This document shows positions 11,316 to 20,841 of a stretch of DNA of 64,000 nucleotides, in pieces (position 1 is the first letter of the stretch; every line of letters begins with the position of its first letter). A program made the translations under genes and the position numbers. Origin of the DNA: Candidatus Enterousia sp. Lineage in GTDB: Bacteria; Pseudomonadota; Alphaproteobacteria; Rs-D84. A model generated the notes under the pieces. It worked only from the letters and a program-made list of their open reading frames with translations. It did not search any database and was not told where the DNA came from. Where the stretch lies: assembly GCA_045649345.1 (NCBI GenBank), contig JAZRPS010000018.1, forward strand, positions 75,499 through 139,498, read 5' to 3'.

Positions 11316-11657
11316 TTATATACATGCCTCATACGTATAATATTCCCCTGTATCTTTTATCAAGAATCTGTGCGATGGCACATCTGGCGCACAACCATTT
11401 GGGACAACATTTACATAAATAACACCCTGTTCTTGAATCAAATCTGCAATATTAACCTGTGACACAACAGACGCAAAAACAGTATTTGCATCTTGAATTT
11501 TAAATATCTCTAAATCTTTTGTCAGTGGACATTTTAACAAATAATCACCATCTGCGCCCGTAATAATTTTTTCACAAACTGTACCCATCACAGATTCTGC
11601 ATTTGCATTAAAAACACCCGATAAAACACAAAACAAAGCAACTAAAAACTTTTTCAT
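11316..11657 (-). CDS. Hypothetical secreted protein
   Basis: Start at the internal Met MKKFLVALFCVLSGVFNANAES (Sec signal) preceded by a GGAGGAGG RBS; the rest is unrecognised. Confidence 0.5.
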   Translation of the reverse strand: MKKFLVALFCVLSGVFNANAESVMGTVCEKIITGADGDYLLKCPLTKDLEIFKIQDANTVFASVVSQVNIADLIQEQGVIYVNVVPNGCAPDVPSHRFLIKDTGEYYTYEACI

Positions 11658-11668
11658 GCATTCCTCCT

Positions 11669-11807
11669 CCAAAAACTTGGCACGCCCTACAGGATTGTAA
11701 ATTCCCATCTTCGCTTTCGCTCAATGGGCCCCTTTCGCCTACGGCTCGAACCTGTGACGGCTCTCATCCTTTGTCCGCGCCAAAAACTTGGCACGCCCTA
11801 CAGGATT
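11669..11807. repeat. Tandem partial duplicate of the tRNA-Arg 3' region: two 28-bp direct repeats (11669-11696 and 11780-11807) flank an 83-bp insert whose first 50 bp (11697-11746) is a conserved core also found at tRNA-Ser
   Basis: ccaaaaacttggcacgccctacaggatt occurs twice. On the tRNA strand the insert reads ...gtcACAGGTTCGA[50-bp core]AATCCTGTAGGGCGTGCCA. This is a tRNA-Arg T-arm/acceptor copy split inside the T-loop. Confidence 0.85.
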
Positions 11808-11865
11808 CGAACCTGTGACCTGCAGATTAGAAATCTGATGCTCTATCCAGCTGAGCTAAGGGCGC
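11789..11865 (-). tRNA. tRNA-Arg (anticodon TCT)
   Basis: GCGCCCTTAGCTCAGCTGGATAGAGCATCAGATTTCTAATCTGCAGGTCACAGGTTCGAATCCTGTAGGGCGTGCCA folds as a clean cloverleaf with anticodon loop TTTCTAA. Confidence 0.9.
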
Positions 11866-11882
11866 ACACTATGTATTCTACA

Positions 11883-13154
11883 CTATTTTTTTTGAATTTC
11901 AAGTCCCAGGTTTTCTGGGGTCAAGACACCAATCGCAGACAATATTGCAAAATATGCAGAAATCCGGGCATGTTTGGCACGCGTATGCGCAACCCGGGAA
12001 TTCAATAGTTCTTGTTCCGCGTTTAACACATCCAAAACCGTACGACGACCGCGTATTTGTTCATCACGGATACCATTCAAGGCCAGCTTATTTGCATCAA
12101 TACTGGCCCGTGTCGCAGATATTGCATATTCCTGCGCCTGATATACATTCCATGCCGACCGTAAATTTTCAATTATCACACGACGTGCATTTATTGTTTG
12201 TTCTTGAATACCCGCAACAGTTGCACGAACCTTGTCCGCATTGGCAAATGCATTACCTTTGTCATACAATGGAACCTTTAAATAAACACCAACACGACTG
12301 TCACGAATATCATCTAAATATGGTACATCGTCTATCTGTTGTATCGAACCACGCACATCAACTGACGGCAATATTGATTTATATGCAACCGTTATATTTG
12401 CACGTGCGGTTTCTTCTTGTGCAGTCAATGCACGCAATATTGGATGATTTCGCAGCGCACCTTGTTCCGCACTATCAATATCATCAGGAAACAAACCTGA
12501 TACAGGCGCCAAATTGACATCTGTCCATTTGCAATCAATATCACCATAAATTCGCCGAAATGTTTCCAGCGCATTCTCATACTGGGCCCGCGCATCCACA
12601 ACATGATAGTTCGCCATTTCCAGACGCGCAGATGCCTGGGAAACATCTGTTCGTGTCAACATACCAACCGATTGCCTGTCACGAACAAAATTATAATATT
12701 CTGTTAAAACACGCTGATTATTTTCATTCAAATATAACACCTGTTTCGCATTTAAAACCTCTATATACGCATTTATCGCGGACATAAACACGTCCTGCTG
12801 TGTTGCGTATAAACTTGCCTGTTGTGCAACTAAATTATTCTTTGCACCTTTATATCGGGCAAAATTCGCCCCACCCTGGAACAAAGTCTGTTGAAATTCC
12901 AGTCCATATTGCAGTGGCGAATAATCAAACGTTTCGCCTAAAACCTTGGTTCGTGCAACGCCTGCATTACCAGACAGCCCCAAATACGGCTGAAATTCTG
13001 TTGTTGACGCGCGCACATCTGCCTGGGCCACCTCAACTGCACTGCGTTCCTGGTTAATAACAGGGTTCAAATCATATACATATTGCAATGCCGAATACAT
13101 GTCTGCATTTGCCACACATGGACACAAAAATATAAATAAAAACATCCTCTTCAT
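11883..13154 (-). CDS. TolC-family outer-membrane efflux protein
   Basis: 423 aa with a signal peptide and the TolC/OEP two-repeat architecture; last gene of the exporter operon. Confidence 0.75.
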   Translation of the reverse strand: MKRMFLFIFLCPCVANADMYSALQYVYDLNPVINQERSAVEVAQADVRASTTEFQPYLGLSGNAGVARTKVLGETFDYSPLQYGLEFQQTLFQGGANFARYKGAKNNLVAQQASLYATQQDVFMSAINAYIEVLNAKQVLYLNENNQRVLTEYYNFVRDRQSVGMLTRTDVSQASARLEMANYHVVDARAQYENALETFRRIYGDIDCKWTDVNLAPVSGLFPDDIDSAEQGALRNHPILRALTAQEETARANITVAYKSILPSVDVRGSIQQIDDVPYLDDIRDSRVGVYLKVPLYDKGNAFANADKVRATVAGIQEQTINARRVIIENLRSAWNVYQAQEYAISATRASIDANKLALNGIRDEQIRGRRTVLDVLNAEQELLNSRVAHTRAKHARISAYFAILSAIGVLTPENLGLEIQKK

Positions 13155-13169
13155 ATTGTTCCTCCGTAT

Positions 13170-14261
13170 CTATAACGTTGTTTTCCATCTGCGCAGCGCA
13201 ATCAACCATATCACAGCCCCTGCCCCCAGCATTGCCGACGCGTGTTTTGAAAAATAAATCCAATCCGGTCCCTTTAACATAATATTCCGCACCAAATACG
13301 AATAGTGACTTAATGGATTTATATAACTTATCCAGCGTAAAACAATTGGCATATTTTCCGTTGATATAATTGCCCCTGACAGCATCAACGCCAAGAATGC
13401 CACAATAATCAATCCTAACATCGCCTGTTGCTGTGTATGCGTATACGTTGACAGCCAAACACCAATTCCACACGCCGGCACACAAAACACCAAAAAAGAC
13501 AGCAAAAACATTAACCCCGACCCTGCAAATGGCGCACCAAAAACAGCCATGCCAACAATAACAACGCTTAACATAACAACGAAAGAAACCAAGACATACG
13601 GAACAACCTTGCCCAACACAATATCATACTTTGAAATCGGCGCTGAAATCAGCGTTTCCATTGTGCCTGTTTCTTTTTCCTTGGTTATTGATATGGACAC
13701 CAGTATCAACAATGCTAAAAACACCAAGATAGACACCATTGACGGCACCATAAAAAACTTAGTATTTAACTGAGGATTAAATAATATTCGCAAATTAAAA
13801 TCTATCGGAGACTTTATTTGTGTATTTGTCATATCCGCCAATGTTTTTGTTATGATTGCACGCAGATACGCCTCTATACTATGCGCCTTTAATATATTCA
13901 TAGAATCAACAAGTATTTGAATTTCACCATCGCCACGAACCAAGGCGCGCGTTAAACCACCATCTGGCGCAATTATTGCAACATCTGCATGTCCGCCCTG
14001 AACCATATCAACAGGATCGCGTCCCATATCGTTTACAGGCACAAAAAAACCAGTACCCAATGCATCATTATAAATACGACTCATAACAGAATCATTTGGC
14101 ATATTTTGCATTACCAAACGTAAATTTGTTGCCTGAAAGGTAATTGCCCCCGACAACAATACCATCTGAACCACCGGCATTATCAAGACCGCCATCATCA
14201 ATATCGGATCACGCAGCAATGAAATCATTTCTTTCTTAAAAAATCCCAACAAAACCTTCAT
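13170..14261 (-). CDS. ABC-2 family transporter permease (YbhR/YbhS-like)
   Basis: 363 aa with an N-terminal TM, a large periplasmic loop and a C-terminal cluster of TM helices. Confidence 0.7.
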   Translation of the reverse strand: MKVLLGFFKKEMISLLRDPILMMAVLIMPVVQMVLLSGAITFQATNLRLVMQNMPNDSVMSRIYNDALGTGFFVPVNDMGRDPVDMVQGGHADVAIIAPDGGLTRALVRGDGEIQILVDSMNILKAHSIEAYLRAIITKTLADMTNTQIKSPIDFNLRILFNPQLNTKFFMVPSMVSILVFLALLILVSISITKEKETGTMETLISAPISKYDIVLGKVVPYVLVSFVVMLSVVIVGMAVFGAPFAGSGLMFLLSFLVFCVPACGIGVWLSTYTHTQQQAMLGLIIVAFLALMLSGAIISTENMPIVLRWISYINPLSHYSYLVRNIMLKGPDWIYFSKHASAMLGAGAVIWLIALRRWKTTL

Positions 14262-15382
14262 TCCAGCGACCTCTTAAACCGAAAGACACAAAACACCAAT
14301 ATAATTAATGCCTGAAATGCTAATACCGCATACAACCACCATATATCTATAAAAAAACTGCCTTTTAAAAATTGATCACGTGTTAAATCCATATAAAATC
14401 GTGCAGGAAACAACGACGAAACAACTTGATAGCCACGGCTCATATATTCAATTGGGAAAACAAATCCAGATAATATAACCGTCGGCAACAAACCTATTAT
14501 TGCGGCATATTGAATTGCAACCTCTTGCTTTTTAGTTGAAACAGAAATCAACAACCCAATCGCCAGATAACCCAATATAAACAACCATGTTCCTAAAATT
14601 AATTGCCAATACGAACCGACAAACGGCACACCAAATACAATACGCGCGATAAAAAACACCAAAACAAAGCCTATAAAACTAAGTATTGCATATGGCGCAA
14701 CCTTGCCCACAATAATATCCAAGCGCGTTGCTGGCGTAGACAACAACATTTCCATCGAACCTCGTTCCCACTCACGACATATTGTCAATGTGGTCAACAT
14801 TATTGCCACCAGTGCGATAATCACTGCACTTAACCCAGGCACCGCAAACCAGCGTGAATTTAATTCTGGATTAAACAAATATCTAATTTTATACGATGGA
14901 TTTTGAACAACCGCCCCCACAGGAATATCCAAAACTTTAAAATATGCATTATTATTTATTGTTGCCAGATAATTCGAAACAGATGAAATTGATGAACTCT
15001 CTGTTCCATCAACCAAAATTTGAACTGCGCCATCGCCACGCCCCAAAACATCTTTTTCGAAATCTGGCGGAATAATCAGCCCAACACGCGCCACACCCGA
15101 CACAATATCATCAAATATGCTTTCTGGATTATCAACATCATACGGTTTGAAATAATTAGAACTGCCAAATGTTTCAATTAATTTTCGCGATGCAAATGAT
15201 TTATCTGCATCAGAATACGCCAGTCGAATCGACTTTATATTAAATTCAATTGAACTGCCCAAAATCAAAACAATCAACAATGGCAACATCAGTGCCATCA
15301 TCAACGTAAACGGATCGCGAAATATGTGCTTAAATTCTTTGGACAAAATTGCACGCGTACGTCGCCACGAAAAGACCGTCAT
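14258..15382 (-). CDS. ABC-2 family transporter permease (YbhS/YbhR-like)
   Basis: 374 aa, paralogous to the downstream permease; overlaps the neighbouring genes by 4 nt at each end. Confidence 0.7.
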   Translation of the reverse strand: MTVFSWRRTRAILSKEFKHIFRDPFTLMMALMLPLLIVLILGSSIEFNIKSIRLAYSDADKSFASRKLIETFGSSNYFKPYDVDNPESIFDDIVSGVARVGLIIPPDFEKDVLGRGDGAVQILVDGTESSSISSVSNYLATINNNAYFKVLDIPVGAVVQNPSYKIRYLFNPELNSRWFAVPGLSAVIIALVAIMLTTLTICREWERGSMEMLLSTPATRLDIIVGKVAPYAILSFIGFVLVFFIARIVFGVPFVGSYWQLILGTWLFILGYLAIGLLISVSTKKQEVAIQYAAIIGLLPTVILSGFVFPIEYMSRGYQVVSSLFPARFYMDLTRDQFLKGSFFIDIWWLYAVLAFQALIILVFCVFRFKRSLE

Positions 15383-16290
15383 CTGTTTTGCCCCTCAACC
15401 AATTGAACAAAAACATCCTCTAATGACGGTTGAATTTGCTCTATTTCCCAATCTGCCCTCAACAGATTTAACTGATACGAAACAGGGACATCTTCTTTAA
15501 AGCGCAAATGAAAATCGCGTCCATACGGTTGCCAAATATCGACCAATGCCATATCAGGTGCTTTTGCTTTACCATGCCTGGGACGCAATCTATATAAACC
15601 ATTTACAAATGTTGTACGTTTTAATTCCGACGGCGTATCAATTGCAATCAATTCACCAGCACGCATCAATGCGATACGATTACAATTTTCTGCTTCGTCC
15701 ATATAATGCGTGGTCACAAATATAGTCTTTTTATCTTCTGCCAATTTTTTTATCAAGAACCAAAATCGTTGACGCGCAACAGGTGCAACACCTGCAGTCG
15801 GCTCATCAAGGAATACAATTTGCGGATCATGCAACAACGCAACGCACAAGGCAACTTCCTGCTTTATACCCCCCGGCAAATTTTTAACCAAAACATTTAA
15901 TTTTCTATCAAAACCGATAAAATCCAATAACCTTTCACGTCGTTTTACATACATATCGCTATCAAGTCTGCGCAACGCAGCTGCAAAATCAAAATTTTCT
16001 TTGACCGACAGCCCATCATACAGCGTAAATCGCTGGGACATATATCCAACTTTCTGTTTTATTATATTTTCACGTCCTGCGATAAAATTTTCACCATCTA
16101 TTTCTACATCACCTGCGCTGGCTAGCAACAGTCCGCACAAAACACGTATTGTCGTCGTTTTACCTGCACCATTTGCCCCCAAAAAGCCAAAAATTTCACC
16201 ACGCGCGACATCAAAAGACACATTCCGCACTGCATAAAAATCGCCAAAACGCACAGACATGTTCTTAACACGAACAATTGCATTTTTCAT
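15379..16290 (-). CDS. ABC transporter ATP-binding protein
   Basis: Walker A GANGAGKTT, signature LPGGIKQ, Walker B FLDEPT. Confidence 0.8.
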   Translation of the reverse strand: MKNAIVRVKNMSVRFGDFYAVRNVSFDVARGEIFGFLGANGAGKTTTIRVLCGLLLASAGDVEIDGENFIAGRENIIKQKVGYMSQRFTLYDGLSVKENFDFAAALRRLDSDMYVKRRERLLDFIGFDRKLNVLVKNLPGGIKQEVALCVALLHDPQIVFLDEPTAGVAPVARQRFWFLIKKLAEDKKTIFVTTHYMDEAENCNRIALMRAGELIAIDTPSELKRTTFVNGLYRLRPRHGKAKAPDMALVDIWQPYGRDFHLRFKEDVPVSYQLNLLRADWEIEQIQPSLEDVFVQLVEGQNR

Positions 16291-17021
16291 TCTCGTATTC
16301 CCCCACGTGACGAAAATAATTCATCAAAATTTCGACTATTGTATTTCTGTAATAAATTTCCAGGCGCCCCATGTGCCAAAACGTGTCCATATTCCATTAA
16401 AACAACCGCTGTACAACGTTCTGCCTCGTCCATATATGCAGTAGACATCAACACCAAAATCCCATCAGAGACTGCATTATGTAATAAATCCCAAAATTCA
16501 CGTCTACTAATCGGGTCAACACCATTTGTTGGCTCGTCTAATAACATAATTTGTGGCGACCGTAATAATGCACAAATCAACCCCAACTTTTTATACATTC
16601 CACCAGACAATTCGCCGGCAGGCCTATCGATAAATTTATCCAAACGTGCCAAATGAAGCAATTCTGCCTTTTTATGCCGAAAATCATTGTCATTGATTCC
16701 ATAAAGTTTTCTAAAAAAATCCAAATGTTCTGCCACAGACAAATCAGAATATAAACTTTGGCTTTGTGGCATGTATGCAATATGTTCCTGAATTTTATCA
16801 AACAAAATAGGCATACCATTTTCATGATATTGTACAGCCCCCGAATTTGCACGCATTAAATCCAGCATTATACGAAACAACGTTGTCTTACCAGCCCCGG
16901 CAGGTCCAATAACACCATACAAATTACCACTTTTAAAACGCATAGACACATCATCCAACGCCAAAATATCTTTAAAGCGTTTTGAAACATTTGTGACGTG
17001 AATTTCGATATTATTTTTCAT
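16287..17021 (-). CDS. ABC transporter ATP-binding protein
   Basis: Walker A GPAGAGKTT, signature LSGGMYKK, Walker B LLDEPTNGVD. Confidence 0.8.
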   Translation of the reverse strand: MKNNIEIHVTNVSKRFKDILALDDVSMRFKSGNLYGVIGPAGAGKTTLFRIMLDLMRANSGAVQYHENGMPILFDKIQEHIAYMPQSQSLYSDLSVAEHLDFFRKLYGINDNDFRHKKAELLHLARLDKFIDRPAGELSGGMYKKLGLICALLRSPQIMLLDEPTNGVDPISRREFWDLLHNAVSDGILVLMSTAYMDEAERCTAVVLMEYGHVLAHGAPGNLLQKYNSRNFDELFSSRGGIRE

Positions 17022-17826
17022 TTGGCATCAATGTACTTTCAATTGTCATACCAGATTTCAAAATCAAATCAGGATTTTCAAATTGCACCTTTATACCATA
17101 TACCAATCGCGTACGTTCTTCACGTGTCTGAACATTTTTTGGTGTAAATTCTGCCTGCTCGCTAATTTTAATAATACGTCCCAAAAATTGCATATTTTCT
17201 GCTTCTGGCAAAAAACCAATAACTTCCTGTCCAACATTCAATTTATGCAGCATAGAATATGGGACATAAAAATAAGCCCATATATCATAGGGATTTGCCA
17301 ATGAAACTAGCACTGTTCCAGGCGCAACAATTTCGCCAACCTGACGAAATTTTGTGACAACAATGCCATTTATTGGCGACAATATATTACACCAACTTAG
17401 CTTTAAGTCATTATCTTGTTTATTACGTGTTAATACGTCATATTCTGCCTGTGACAAATGCCCACGTTCTAATAACTTGGTTGCCCTGTCATAATCACTA
17501 TCGATTTGTCGCGCTAAAATTTTATATGCATCACACGACATTTTCATTAACGGTTGTTTAACAGATACATTATCCCCCTCTATAACAAACACATCTGAAA
17601 TATCCGATGCGACACGCGACGTCAAAGTCACCTTGGTTGTTTCCAACGTTCCTGCAAAAACAAATGGTCTTTTCTTAACAAAATAATGTATAACCAGACC
17701 AATAATTATGGCAATTGTTATAACAACAAAAGTCCACACAAAAATTCGTTTCCATTTTGTATTCATATACAAAGTATGCCAAAAAAATCCCGACATTTCG
17801 CCGGGTATAAATTCATAAATAGACAT
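17011..17826 (-). CDS. HlyD-family periplasmic adaptor / membrane fusion protein
   Basis: N-terminal TM followed by a coiled coil and a beta-barrel (YbhG-like); first gene of the exporter operon. Confidence 0.65.
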   Translation of the reverse strand: MSIYEFIPGEMSGFFWHTLYMNTKWKRIFVWTFVVITIAIIIGLVIHYFVKKRPFVFAGTLETTKVTLTSRVASDISDVFVIEGDNVSVKQPLMKMSCDAYKILARQIDSDYDRATKLLERGHLSQAEYDVLTRNKQDNDLKLSWCNILSPINGIVVTKFRQVGEIVAPGTVLVSLANPYDIWAYFYVPYSMLHKLNVGQEVIGFLPEAENMQFLGRIIKISEQAEFTPKNVQTREERTRLVYGIKVQFENPDLILKSGMTIESTLMPNEK

Positions 17827-17836
17827 CTAAACGAAT

Positions 17837-18745
17837 TTATTCAAATAATTCCACTGAGATATCATATTCCTTGCAGAAATCATAAAAGAATTCCAAAAAC
17901 GCATGAATTTTTTGACTTTTTACCTTTAACGGATTAACAATTCCTGTCAATAAGTATTCATAGTCAAAATCGATATTTGGCACCTCTATCAATTTTGCAT
18001 TTTTATTTGTACACCATTCTGGCATCAATGCAATTCCTGCACCATCACACGTTAACTGATATATTATTGACGCAGAATCTGCAGTTGTATTTAATTTCTT
18101 GGCACGTTTCAGGACAAAATTAAATTCAGGCAAATCTAAGAACAGCTGTCTAATACACAGGTCAAAATTTTCCAGCATATCATCCATATCTTTGGGCATA
18201 CCATGCTTTGCCAAATATTCTGGCGACGCATAGAATTTTGCCTTTGTTTTAAATTTAAACAATACCTTGCCAGGTACTTTTTGCAACGAACGCGCATCCA
18301 CAATAGTTATATCTGGGCTTGCCATATTCATATGCCGATTCGTTAAGATGTCCAGACGCACCTTTGGATGTTTCGCATATAATTTAGATAAACCGGTCAA
18401 TAACCCACTACCTGAAAATCCTTCTTCGGTCCAAATTGAAATATAACCCGCCAATTCTTCGGGCCCTGTTAAATTATCCAGCAATGAATTTGCAATATTT
18501 GAAATATTTTCAATTTCTGTATACAATTGACGCGCCATATTTGTCGGCACACACCCTGCAGAACTACGAATTAATAGCGTTGCATTAAATCGCTTTTCCA
18601 AATCTGAAATCAATTTGGACATATTTGAATGTTTTATTCCATTTCTTTCCGCGGCGGCATAGATTTGTCCAAAATCAATAACCTCTTTCAAAGCCAACAA
18701 TTCACGCAACAGCGCAATTTTGGTTTTTATTGTCGCCATAAACAC
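17837..18745 (-). CDS. LysR-family transcriptional regulator
   Basis: N-terminal wHTH (AAAERNGIKHSNMSKLISDLEKRF) plus a C-terminal substrate-binding domain; co-directional with and upstream of the exporter operon. Confidence 0.65.
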   Translation of the reverse strand: MFMATIKTKIALLRELLALKEVIDFGQIYAAAERNGIKHSNMSKLISDLEKRFNATLLIRSSAGCVPTNMARQLYTEIENISNIANSLLDNLTGPEELAGYISIWTEEGFSGSGLLTGLSKLYAKHPKVRLDILTNRHMNMASPDITIVDARSLQKVPGKVLFKFKTKAKFYASPEYLAKHGMPKDMDDMLENFDLCIRQLFLDLPEFNFVLKRAKKLNTTADSASIIYQLTCDGAGIALMPEWCTNKNAKLIEVPNIDFDYEYLLTGIVNPLKVKSQKIHAFLEFFYDFCKEYDISVELFE

Positions 18746-18997
18746 CCCCTTATACTGTTAAAATAATATTATTTTCCTATATAGGCAAAAAAGACCCCGT
18801 GTCCCACAAATTTTTTTCTAAGAATATATACCTTAACCAAGGAGCATCTTAGTCAAAAAATCCCGAAAAACCGAACTTTTTCCAATTCCTATCCCCTTTT
18901 TATACACTATTTTGAATAAAAAAGGTATAAAATAAAACAATAAAGCCTATTTTATAATAAACGCATACCAATTTCACAAAATACTAAGGAGAAAAAA

Positions 18998-19261
18998 ATG
19001 AAACATAATGAAGTCTGGTATGCAATAGACTGCTTTGCCCAAGAACATAAAATGTCATGTTCTGGTCTGGCAAAATACAGCGGGCTTGATCCAACAACGT
19101 TTAACAAAAGCAAACGCTGGTCAAAATATGGTCAGCCACGGTGGCCATCAACAAACAGCATTGCAAAAATATTAGAGGCCACAAATTCCAGAATCCAAGA
19201 TTTGATAAAGTTTATTGACGTGCCAAATGCCCAGCCTGGCGGGGAACGCGTACCTCAATAA
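18998..19261 (+). CDS. Small XRE/phage-repressor-like HTH DNA-binding protein
   Basis: 87 aa: EVWYAIDCFAQEHKMSCSGLAKYSGLDPTTFNKSKR...RWPSTNSIAKILEAT. A strong terminator hairpin follows at 19271-19295. Confidence 0.6.
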   Translation: MKHNEVWYAIDCFAQEHKMSCSGLAKYSGLDPTTFNKSKRWSKYGQPRWPSTNSIAKILEATNSRIQDLIKFIDVPNAQPGGERVPQ

Positions 19262-19299
19262 TCACAAAAAAAAGTACCGCACAATTATGCGGTATTTTT

Positions 19300-20730
19300 T
19301 TACCCAATTTGTACAACCGTATCTATGTTTATATTCCGCGCAAACATTTCATCGTGACTGACCAACAATATTGCACCCCGATAGTGATTCAGCGCATCTT
19401 CTAAAATCTGAATACTTTTTATTTCAAGATTATTTGTCGGCTCATCCAAAATCAATAAATCTGGCTGTTCGGCACCACCCAAGACCGCTGCCAAGGTTGC
19501 TTTTAACAGTTCCCCACCAGACAAAACACCAACAACCTTTTTTGATAAATCCCCACGAAATCCAAAGTTTGCTGCAAATGCATGTGCATCGTGTCTAAGG
19601 ACACCGGCAACATCCATAATATTTTCAACAATTGTCTTATTTTTATCCAAAACAGACAAATCTTGATTCAAATACGAAATTTTACCAAACGTTTTAATCG
19701 TTCCCGACTGTGGTATTAATTGCCCACAAATCAACTTTAACAACGTTGATTTTCCTGCCCCATTTTTTCCAGTCAAACGCACACGTGTCGCCCCATACAT
19801 AACAAAATCAAAATCTTTCAAAACGCTCTTTTTATCGTATGCAAAGCACACATCAGAAACACGCACCAATTCCTTGCTATAAAAAGACTTATTTGGCACT
19901 GGAATTTTTATTTTTTCATCACGCATTTGCATTGATAAATCTTGTTGCAACGCCAACTGTGCGTCCAACTTTTTTTGAATTATTGCATGCTTTTTTGCCT
20001 CGGTTTCTTGACTTTTTCCTTTTAATGCATTGACCACCATCCTGGACCCTGCCGCGCTATTTGCTTTATCTTTTTTCTGTTTCAAGACATGATGTTGACG
20101 TGTATTTTGTGCCCGATTTAATGTTCCTTGCAGACGCGCAATTTCCTTGTTTGAATCAACATATTGCGCATAAATATTTTCCTGTTCCGCACGTTTCTGG
20201 GCAATCCAGAAATCATAATTTCCCCCATAAACACGTATTTTACCATTTGATATCTCAATTATTTTATCAACATATTGTAACAATTCCCGATCATGCGAAA
20301 CAATAACCACACCAAACGGATACGCAAACAATTCACCCAAAAAATAGCTCTTGGCATCCACATCCAGATTATTTGTTGGTTCATCCAACAACAATATTTC
20401 AGCATTACTATCAAATGCACGCGCCAATTCAAACAACTGACGTTCACCACCACTTTTTGAACCATCTTGTTTTATTTGATTTAGAAAATAGACAGATGCC
20501 TTTCTATCAACCGTCCCAGATTCAGGCACCAATTGCCCTGCCAACAATCGCAACAACGTCGATTTCCCTGCGCCATTATCACCAACAATCGCGATCTTAT
20601 CACTATCATTAAATACATATGAAACACCATCCAACAAAACATTGTCAGATTCATAACCAAAACAAATATTCAATACTGAAATAAAACCCATAACAAAAAC
20701 CCCATAATATTGTGTTAACCAACGGCACAT
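19300..20730 (-). CDS. Compact ABC-F family ATPase (two NBDs, ~100-aa charged linker, no NBD1 arm)
   Basis: Two Walker A sites (GDNGAGKST, GKNGAGKST) and two signature/Walker B sets with no TM domain. NBD1 has almost no insert between the Q-loop and the signature. An alternative start at MGFISV would end the gene at 20691. Confidence 0.7.
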   Translation of the reverse strand: MCRWLTQYYGVFVMGFISVLNICFGYESDNVLLDGVSYVFNDSDKIAIVGDNGAGKSTLLRLLAGQLVPESGTVDRKASVYFLNQIKQDGSKSGGERQLFELARAFDSNAEILLLDEPTNNLDVDAKSYFLGELFAYPFGVVIVSHDRELLQYVDKIIEISNGKIRVYGGNYDFWIAQKRAEQENIYAQYVDSNKEIARLQGTLNRAQNTRQHHVLKQKKDKANSAAGSRMVVNALKGKSQETEAKKHAIIQKKLDAQLALQQDLSMQMRDEKIKIPVPNKSFYSKELVRVSDVCFAYDKKSVLKDFDFVMYGATRVRLTGKNGAGKSTLLKLICGQLIPQSGTIKTFGKISYLNQDLSVLDKNKTIVENIMDVAGVLRHDAHAFAANFGFRGDLSKKVVGVLSGGELLKATLAAVLGGAEQPDLLILDEPTNNLEIKSIQILEDALNHYRGAILLVSHDEMFARNINIDTVVQIG

Positions 20731-20841
20731 ATTCGCGCCATTACATAAATAAAATTCACAATATTATTTACACATCGGTTTTTGTCCTTTGATTAATTTA
20801 CACACCGAGATTGTATCAGACTATTAAGAAAAATCAACAAA

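Noticed and set aside
11697-11746. 50-bp core as a group II intron domain V or hammerhead motif (GAGCCGTAGGCGAAAG..., GGATGAG...GAAA)
   Set aside because: The two sides of the GAAA loop are not complementary, so no domain V hairpin forms. The CUGAUGA consensus is not met (G instead of U at position 4), and the element is far too short for an intron.
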